From positions 1,860,001 to 1,924,000 of the forward strand of contig NC_043008.1 in NCBI RefSeq assembly GCF_006345805.1: a stretch of DNA of 64,000 nt. The letters are read 5' to 3'. The notes beneath the pieces were generated by a model. The model was not told where the DNA came from. It saw only the letters and a program-made list of their open reading frames with translations, and did no database searches. The stretch is from Octopus sinensis. Taxonomy: Eukaryota. This document shows positions 54,300-64,000 of this stretch, piece by piece (position 1 is the first letter of the stretch; every line of letters starts with the position of its first letter). The position numbers and the translations under genes are program-made.

Positions 54300-54409
54300 T
54301 CTATAGCTAATGATCGGGCGAAATGATCAGATTCAAATCTACCTTTGCAGCGTTCTCGCTGCTTGTCATCGCTCTAGATTCATACAAAGTTAATGCAACG
54401 GCGACGATT
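54300..54409 (+). other. Candidate first coding exon encoding a signal-peptide-like sequence
   Basis: Acceptor-like atttgattttgacag (AG at 54298-54299), gaaATG at 54323, MIRFKSTFAAFSLLVIALDSYKVNATATI, then donor-like GTAAGG at 54410. No partner exon was identified. Confidence 0.3.
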
Positions 54410-55779
54410 GTAAGGAAGCTAAACATATTACACTTTTTGATCTTTGATATAAACTCTATAGGAAACTTCTTAATGGACAAATAACACACCAACTGTGTTT
54501 GTCTGTTTGGTGAGTGTTGACATAATCATTCGTATGACAATGTTGTATAGAGACACACTCACTATGCAGCGCAGTTTTATATCAAGTAATGTATGTGGAA
54601 ATCGCAGAATTAATTACGTTTTCATAGAGTAGCGTACTTGATAGATATCTTATTATCACTAAAAGTAATAGAATCAGTGAAATCATACTGGTAGCAGTTT
54701 CACATCTATTTGTAAGTTCGCCTAGTGTTCATTATCTGTAAACACGTACTGATTCATTGAAAATGGATATTAGCTTTCTGGTGAAAAATGCTGAAAATTA
54801 TGCTATTCTAACTTTCAGTCGTTCGAACTTATAACAAAAAATTCATTTCAGAAAACGTTCAGCAGCTATGATTTCGAGCTAGTATAAGTTTTATTGTGTT
54901 GTTGATGTATTTAAATATATTATAAAATATTAAACCGCATTTCCTCACATGTAAATTTGTTATTTCTTACCTATTTCGCAAGTGTTATGAATGGAAAAAC
55001 GGTAAATGAAACAACAAGAAATAGAAGGAGTACACCTGGCGCTTATTTAAATCTGCTTTACATATGAACACGATAATTATAACAAATATGTTAGTATATG
55101 AACAAAGTGTAAAAACAAAAAAAAAATTTACACCGAAACCTTTTATTCACAGTGCAAAATTCCGTCAATCGCTTATGAAGAATTAGATTCCTAGTGGCAA
55201 AGGGTTCCACTAGTTGTTACATAGGAATAATATAAATGTATAACCCAGTAATTTAAGAAATATGCTCAGGGATCTGAATGGCATCCAATTATGTATATAA
55301 ATAAGAACAATTAGCGTGACATTGGCGCAGTATATACCAAGTCATGAGAGGTAGGGCACTTGATAAAAATTCGTCACCGGATTTCCATCTAATAGAGCAA
55401 AGTAGCAGAACAGATCAAATTTGCCAGGATATATTGACAGGTTGAGAAAAACACCTTCGATATTAAGTCCCACGTAGACTTATCTAGTGATATTTAATGT
55501 AAAGATATGATGTAATCGAAATCATTACAAATAAACTACGTTAAACTCATTAAAATATCCTAACGAATATTATATTTTCGTATTCTCATTATACATGAAC
55601 CGTAGTAAAAATTTAAGTATGAACTATGTCAATATATTATCCGTTGAATTATGTTGAAAAAGCATCAGTGAGAGTTCATTTGGTTCATTAGTATTTGGGA
55701 TTTTTTAGCAATCACACATTCATAGACAGGTTATAAAACCAGTGTCGATCAAACCGCAATTTCAACCAGTTACAATTAT

Positions 55780-56340
55780 AACGTTAGCACAGGCAATGCA
55801 AGTTTTACACCTACTAATCCAGAGTCGACGAGTTTTGAAACAGTGACACCTGTGATGACCTTCCAGTTTCTGCAGAGCGATTGATACGTAGCGGTTCTAC
55901 CCAACTTCAATTGAACTACGTGGTTGACCCTACTAATTGCTTCTGTATAACTCCCCGAGCTCAACAGAGTGAATTCGTAGCCCTCATTTGTCTCCTGACA
56001 GCGCTCTTTATAATAAATATAGAATAGAATCAACTGCTTGAATACATTCGAGATCCATACCATGTCAGACCATTACCATTTTGAAGGAACAGTTTCATTG
56101 ATCTTTACCAGCTTCCCAGGCTTGAATTTCAGCCTCCAGTCATGTGCGGTCCCTAGCAGTCGCAAGGTTTCTTTCCTGTCAGCTTTTATCTTAACACCAT
56201 TATGGGAGGTTTTCCTATTTCGAGTCACGGAATTGAAAGGCCCAGCAGCACAGTTGACATAAATGAATTTTTAAGACGGAACGTCAAATTCTTGATCCAA
56301 CCATTGAAGATGATGCTCCTCTAGCTTTTATCCAACACTA
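55780..56340 (-). mobile_element. Degraded RLE-LINE 3' fragment, HERO-like
   Basis: Minus strand LLGTAHDWRLKFKPGKLVK…SDMVWISNVFKQLILF…KERCQETNE…QSLCRNWK resembles the 'LL..A.DW.L..D…RPD.V..S…KQ.I..ELTVPWEER..EA.E…QSL' RLE region. Confidence 0.5.
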
Positions 56341-56716
56341 GCTTTTTTCCACGGGATCATTCTGTCATTTATCTGATAACTCACGACAATGGATTTTGGT
56401 ATCTTTTCCACGACGAGTAATCAAAGTATCCCTGCTGTGGGAGGATGGATGTTGCTAAATCCAGGCAGTTTACATTCTTTCAAATGATACATGTATATTT
56501 GAATACGTTTATGTGTACGTAGTCTTTCTCTCTCTGTCTTTCTCTCTTTGTTCCGCCCTATATATATATATGCGTGTGTGTGCGTGTGTGTGCGTGTGTG
56601 TGCGCGCGTAGGTGTAAGACTACACAAACAAATGCCAAAGTACTGATATATATGTCGTTTCATGTAGGTTTCTATACAAATCTAAATACATAGTAGACTG
56701 TTAGTCATGAGTGTGA

Positions 56717-56769
<53 letters not shown>

Positions 56770-57614
56770 GGGAGAAAGAGATTTACTGTTTATATATGTG
56801 TAAATGCGTAAGTTGCTTAAATTACCCCAAACATCTAAGGTGGAGTTGAATTATGATGCAAAACCATGATTGGAAACAGCATGCAATCGAGTGAAGTAGT
56901 ATATTGCCGGCAAGAATGTTCGATGTTAAACATCATAAATATCATGTATAAAGAATGGAAACTTAATCAGAAGCTTTTTTTTTTTCTCTCTCAAGGGCTT
57001 TTACCTTCAGAAGCTGGACATAAGGATGTTCATATAAACTAAATATTGCAAGAAATTTCTGACATGATGTGTTTGATCTTGCCATCTCATATGATGGAAA
57101 TTTGTTTATATAAATGCAATACTTGACTCTCTTGATGTAGCTTTATGCTTAATGGGATTTTATTGAAAATAATAAATGTTGCCGTATCAGTTATGTTTTA
57201 TTCATTTTTCTTTCAACTTTGTTTAGCTTTACCGTTCATAGGATTTTTTTGTCCGTGTATCTGTAATGATTGAAAATTGTGACGTCGTCTTCTTCAGCTG
57301 TCAATATTTTATAATTTTGATATTTCCACTAGAGAGAATCCAATAACTCGCATATTAATAACAGTTAATACGGAGTAAAGATAGCTTGCTTTTTTTTTCT
57401 GAAATATTTACTAGTTTGTTATAAGCATAAAAATGTGAGTTTTATATCCAAATACCTTGAAACAAAATGGAGAGTAACGTCATACGCATCTTCAATAGTT
57501 TTGTCTTTCTAGAGTTAATCGTTACTACGGGGGCTATTGTTTGCTAAGCAACACCGGTCAGATTTCTGATGTTAAATAGAGGTCGATGTTGATATATACA
57601 TATATACACACACA

Positions 57615-57690
<76 letters not shown>

Positions 57691-59349
57691 CATATATATG
57701 CAATAAATTTAGTATATATATTGATATATTAATACTATCAATATTGATATCAGTCATGAACGCAAAATAATAGATTGCTTTCAGATATAACAGAATAAAT
57801 TCGTTTATATACTCAGGTATATAACTATTAGTGTAAATGCTTATAATTTTACAATCGTATAGACTTACTAAAAGCATTCTTATCTTAATACATTCTGAAT
57901 ATAAATATTTTGTCCTTTATAAGTCATTCTTATCAGTTACATTGCCCAATTGATACTAAATGCAGGCAAACAAATAGCTGCAAACAAGCTGCAAACCGTT
58001 AAAGTAATACACAAATAAACGCATACACTAATCGAATTGCTTACATGCTGCAACCAGTTGCTTCATTCTAACGAATTTAATATGTTTCTAGGATCACCGA
58101 GTTTTAGCTGTATTATACATAAGACGGGATTTTCAGGATTTTGCATTTAAAAAAATATTCTGTATATGTTTAGAAAATACTACCTTAAGGGTAGTGATTT
58201 TCTCATTACTGCTGTGCCTACAGTTTGAATTGATACATGTTCTGTAATAATATCTGTTTCTAATTTTCTGAATTGTTAATTCACCGAAAAGGATTTTAGA
58301 TATATTTTTCCATCATATACAACTTAATAATGGGTAATATATTTCTATGAATTCTATGCGTAACTTTTATGCGTATTTGAGAACTCCGATAATTTAAAAT
58401 ATAAATGATCAAATATAATACTTTTCGGAAATTTGAATAGCGCATTGTATATTATATTCTCTTCAAATCTAATGCAGGTATATATTCACAATTACATACT
58501 CCTGCACTCACGTTCATAAGACATATGGCATTTTCCGTTTAAAGTTCCGTAACGGCGGAGATAAAAGAAAATATGATCAAAGGTGGATATCATTTTAACG
58601 AAATCTAAACATTCCGCAACTGAATATGCTGTAACAACAAAGAACATCATATGAAATAGTTAAAAGTAGTGACAACTCAAATGAATCGATGTCTGGGGAA
58701 GACATATTCAAACATTATTCTACTAATGTATGTTGTACTACTTTTAACATGTAAATCTATGATATCAATGTAATGAAAATCTATTCCTAGAAATGAATAC
58801 AAGTAATCAATTTATTTAAAACTTGAAAATGTAATTGAAGATTAGGAAATGCTTAAGAAAATACTGTGTGTGAAAGTTGAAATAAAATGTATTTAATATG
58901 CAATTATAATGTTGATAATTCAAGTGGATTTACTAGAAAGGTAGTGAAAAGTTTAGCAAAAAGAAAGGGAAAATATGCAGTCCTTAATGTTCTTGAATTT
59001 TGCGCTTGGTCACATGGTCAGTGTGTTCACATGAACGAGAAGACAGAGCTGTGAGATTGAACTCGAAGCCATTTGTTTATGGAACAAACGAAGTAACTAC
59101 AGGAATAAACCTAACATAACATGTGAAATTTTATATCGCTGCGATTTACATGAAAGCAATAATGACGGAAATGCAATTTAGGATTTATGTGAAGTAGATA
59201 CCTTAAACAATAATCCGTTATATTGTCTATGGATAAAGAAAAGTGGTTTAAATATTGAAGAAAGACATAATTGTAACAAATGCATGAAATTTTTATTCTT
59301 GACGATGGTACAAATAACAAAGATGTATTTGATATACCTTGAGATTCGT

Positions 59350-59584
59350 AGGGCAGTGGGCTGGCAGAATCCTTTGCACGCCGGGCGAAATACCGCTAGG
59401 TATTTCGTCTGCCGTTGTGTTCTGAGTCAAAAATTCCGCCGAGGTTGACTTTGCCTTTCATCCTTTCGGGGTCAATTAAATAAGTACCAGTACACGCTCT
59501 GTGTTTGTTGTAATCGACTTAACACATTTGTCTCTCCTTGTTTGTTCCCTCTATGTTTAGCCCCTTGTGAGCAATAAGGAAATC
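59350..59584 (+). mobile_element. SINE family A (tail type 1) with 19-bp TSD
   Basis: gggcagtgggctggcagaatcc…aattccgccgaggttgactttgcctttcatcctttcggggtc…gccccttgtgagcaataaggaaat; TSD gatataccttgagattcgt (59331-59349) and gatatattttgagattcgt (59585-59603), 17/19 identical. Confidence 0.92.
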
Positions 59585-62520
59585 GATATATTTTGAGATT
59601 CGTTTTTATTTTGTTGTTTCTCAGCTTTGCTTTTCATTCTGATATATACTTCTTTCAAAGAATTTTCATCGTGTTGGGTATTTAAATTATTACTCTATCT
59701 TATCTGCACTTTTATTCTAGTCTGGTTGATGTATTCATATCCTCTTTGAAAGCAATTATATTAGTCAGAAAAATGATAAACCTTAAATAGCAATTTCGAT
59801 GTCAGTGCGCAGCGCAGATATATATACGGAAGGAATGGATGACACCCATGCATAGTTTGTGACTGTGAACCTGATTTTGTACGAAAGTTTCACATAATTT
59901 TCATTTTCAGTATTTTTCCGCAGTTATATCTTGACAACAGGATATGTTAGGCACTTTATAAAAGGTGACATACACAGCAACGAAACATTGATCCATATGG
60001 GTGTGTATTGAAGTATTTTAGGAAGTATGAATGCGTACGTATTTGTCAAATGAAAATGTGTCCCGCAGTACAGGCATATTTCTGTTCGTGATTATGGTAT
60101 TAATACCGAACGCAATGACATCTCTCAGAAAAATAAAAGGAAAAAACTACATTAATAATTCCGTACAATATACTTACCTAGAAATATTACTAATACTCAT
60201 AGCGAGAGTAGGTTACGATGCTTTCTAAAGTATTTAACTTGTTTTCGTGCAGTTGACGTAAACAATCTTTGATACACCGAATTTAGTTTGTGATTAATGT
60301 TGATAAAGTGTAACGTTTAGACAATGTATATATTATACAAAACAAATGGATACATATGAAATAGCTTTAAGTATGATGACATGTGCTTCTTCCTAAGCGA
60401 TATCAATGAAAATAATCGCAAGCACCTGCAAGTTACATTAATATTTATATATAATTTAGAATATAGAGGAAATTATCTTGGTGGAAAGGAAAGCAATTTT
60501 CTTATATTATTGCCATGCCAATTCTGTTATTTTGTTTTCTGTTGTGTTTGTTTATGTGTGCGGGGGCGGGCGATAAACGGTTAAAATTACTCGTCTGACC
60601 ATTCTTTAAATATAATACATTTTTGTGGCAATACTTTACATTGAAATTGTTTTACAGGAAGTGAAAATTGTGGCTGGCCAAGAAATGAACCTCGTATAAT
60701 ATCAACATATTGGTAAATGTTATAAAACATTAATAATATATTATCAAATATTACGAGATATTCACTAATATATTCAACATAACAATTAGTTTGGAATAGA
60801 ACATGTTCAAACTTCTATCACATATGATTTTGATAGATTTTATGTATATCTTGAAGGGCATCGTGTTATTTCATTCTTTAGGAACATTAATGCGTTACAT
60901 TCTTATATTCAGTAAAAGTTAACACCATTGTCACATTGCAAGAAGAATTTACTCATTTAAATAGTGACAGATCTTAGCGTTTGCAAGCAACTGAAAACTT
61001 GCCATGCAGAATTCATGTCATCCTCTAAAACCTGCGACAGTTCATGTTGTCATACATATCTCTCATATTTTTATATTTATTTTTATTATGTAGACCGTCC
61101 TAAATATGAATTATAAGTAATGATTGTATTGCTTGATTTAAGCAGTTAAACTGAGTTGCTGTAGCGTTGATGAAATGTTCTAAGCATTTCAGTGATTCCA
61201 TAACTAGTGTGAAGAAAAGACAAACATTCTCAGACAGAAGATTTACTCTGATTACTCGAAAATGTTCAGGATAAGTTAGATGCAGAATATCTGCTTTTAT
61301 AAGATCATTTTGTGGTTTCCTTCAATGATTCGAAAGCCTCTGAAGTGAATGTGTGAGTAAGAAATTCCCTTCATAACTATGTTGTTGGTTGTTATAAATC
61401 TTATTTTACTGCAAAACATATTGATCAAGTATTTTAACGTGCACTCGGAGAGATCCAAGCATTTTGATTGAAATTACAATACAGGGAATGTGTAGCAATG
61501 TATCGCTTGAGCTGTTCGTTTAATTAGAATTTCCAGCCTTTCACTAGTGTAGCACGTTATGCCTGTTTCAGAATTGCTCTTCGTGTATGATTTTTCTCTA
61601 GAATAATATACTATTTTGCAATTTAATTTAAGAATTACCCCGTCATGTGCATAGAACAACAATTGGATTGTTTGTCGAAATCTACTGGCGAGTTGTTACA
61701 GCCACAAGAAATATTTCTATGATCAGAAACACACATACATATACAGGCACACACATACACATACGCATACATACACAAACATACACACACACACACACAA
61801 ACACATATATATATAATCATATTTCTTTTAATGTGTGCGTTTGGACATGTACTTTTATGCATGATTACATGTGTATGTGTTTATAAATGTGTGTTTATGT
61901 GGTCCAATGTGCATCCAAGCAACTGAACAATAATATTCATAATCATATTGATAACGCCTAATGGTCGATTAATAGCCATTCAAAACTTCCTAGGTTATAT
62001 GATAACCAAATATCATGTGTCGGGGTGTGTGAGAGGAATTCTTACCTTCGTTTCTGCCAATATGACTCTAACAGATGACCAGTTAGTAATCGCTTTCATT
62101 ACGAACCGAAGTGTAGTTAAGCTGCTGGCCAGTCATTTGTGATTAAGTGTAGTTGCCTCCTACCATCTGAATCGTCTTCAAATCATTACCGGTCACGTGC
62201 CTCGATTATTTCATTGAAATATCGTTGGAATCAATAGTGTTCATTGGCCGGTTAATCATTATATGAAGAGTAAATTCTTGAGGTAATTGAACCTAAGTGT
62301 ATCCAGCTTATATTACACGCTACCAATCCACCAGAATTGGACAAGAGACGCCATAACAATTTCAGACAATCCAAACTGGAGACTTTTACATAAGATGAAT
62401 AATAATTTATTCTGACGCTACTAAGAGCAATAAACGGCTCTTCTTGAATATAAAAATGAATTTCTAGTGTGTACACAATAACGGAGAACAAACTCTTCGA
62501 AATTGAATGTAATATGTAAG

Positions 62521-62552
<32 letters not shown>

Positions 62553-64000
62553 CAAAATAGGTGAAAGAATGCATATTCATGAATTGTATAGAGTGATTAT
62601 TGTGCAGCATACTGTATGTTATAGTATTTCCGTCTCAAGAGAATGTAAAAAATGTACCGTTTTCAAAATATGCACGTATAGAAAGGAATATATACACATA
62701 TATTCTCAATGTATACATGACTTGTATGTGTATAACACACATATATACATACATGTATACATACATGCATACAAACTCATATATACGTACATTTATACAC
62801 GTGTATAAGTTTTTCTGCATGTATGCGTGCGTTTGTCTATGATGTGGGGGAATAAGAAAAGTAGTTTACTTTACTGTCGGCATATACCTGTTCAGGGGCG
62901 TATGTAACTTTGTATGCACCGACTATTTTCAATACAATGCCATACGAAGAAATATGACAGAGATGGGTGTTTCCATAGACTAACCCCACATTTTAGTTTT
63001 GTCCTCTCATGGAAACCTATTATGGGGTTTTATTACTCTATTGTTCAGTCACTGAACTACGGTCATGCTACGATTCCGTTTCAGTATTTCCCAGAAATAT
63101 ACACTCACACGCAATCACATGAGCCTCATAAAAACATATTCAAATACAGAAAGGCAAGCCCAAACACAAGTATTTAATAGATATTCGATTACGTGCTGCC
63201 CCGATCATCAGACGGTCCACCGTACACTATGGCAATTTTGGTTTATAATGGAAGAAATTTATATTTAATATCTTGCTGATATTAAATAGTTATTGAATCG
63301 CAGTCAGCAATTCCCTCTGAGATGCAAGCATTCTTTTAGGACTGTTTAAATTCTTCTAAAGTAAGGATTATTAAGATAAAATATACGTTGAGTCAGACGA
63401 TGTTTATCGTCTCAGAAATCGTAGATATGTTATAGTTAGTTTTAACTATGTCACAATAATCTTCATTCTTTTTTTAACATTTAAATAAATCCCCCTTTTT
63501 GATTTGTGTGAATCTATTTACACATTACCATGTGTTAACCGTAATGGAAATACATCTTTACATATTTGTGGCCTCTTCAACTGCTAAGTTTATAATCATC
63601 CTATTCGCTAAAGTTCTTTAGGGGCACTCTAAGTATAATATATAGACATAAGTTATTTTACAGCAATCTCTATTTTTAACTATATTAACCGAGGCTTTCT
63701 AAATTATAATTATAATAGGACTTTCCAAAACTTTATCCCCTAATTCGCTTCTCGAAGACGCATGGATATAATCTTCGATGAAACTAAATAGAAACGCGTG
63801 CCTTCTATGAATATATATATAAAACGTAAAAGCGACATGAAGGAATATTAATTTTTACATACAAAAATAATACTTAAAAGTGACTTACACAATCTAACCT
63901 AAGGCACAAGCCAACTTCTTATGTACAAAATATTTAAAGAGATAAGATTTACAAAGCCCAAATCATTTAGATGTATGGTTGCTGAATCAGGAATAAACTT

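Overview
AT-rich, microsatellite-saturated metazoan non-coding DNA. The SINE families and repeat landscape look like an octopus (coleoid cephalopod) genome; this is an inference from pattern recognition, not a database hit. No complete host gene is visible. All long ORFs come from transposons or from translated microsatellites. Retroelements: a near full-length but frameshifted R4/Dong-type RLE LINE (1-3875) followed by a second truncated Dong in a (TAA)n array; a Dong 3' end fused to a SINE and an RT-less Dong relic (27.0-29.2 kb); a young 5'-truncated RTE LINE with a 12-bp TSD (40375-42889) nested in a Penelope-like relic; and RTE and HERO-like fragments. DNA elements: a TA-flanked Hsmar1-like mariner (14186-15379), plus Tc1/mariner and possibly Helitron fragments. 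Also present: two tRNA-derived SINE families (several copies with TSDs, one a TSD-flanked dimer), a 5S rRNA pseudogene, and several minimal hammerhead-ribozyme-like motifs in short Penelope-type repeats. One isolated candidate signal-peptide exon lies at 54300-54409. All family assignments rest on manual translation and remembered motifs and should be confirmed by search.
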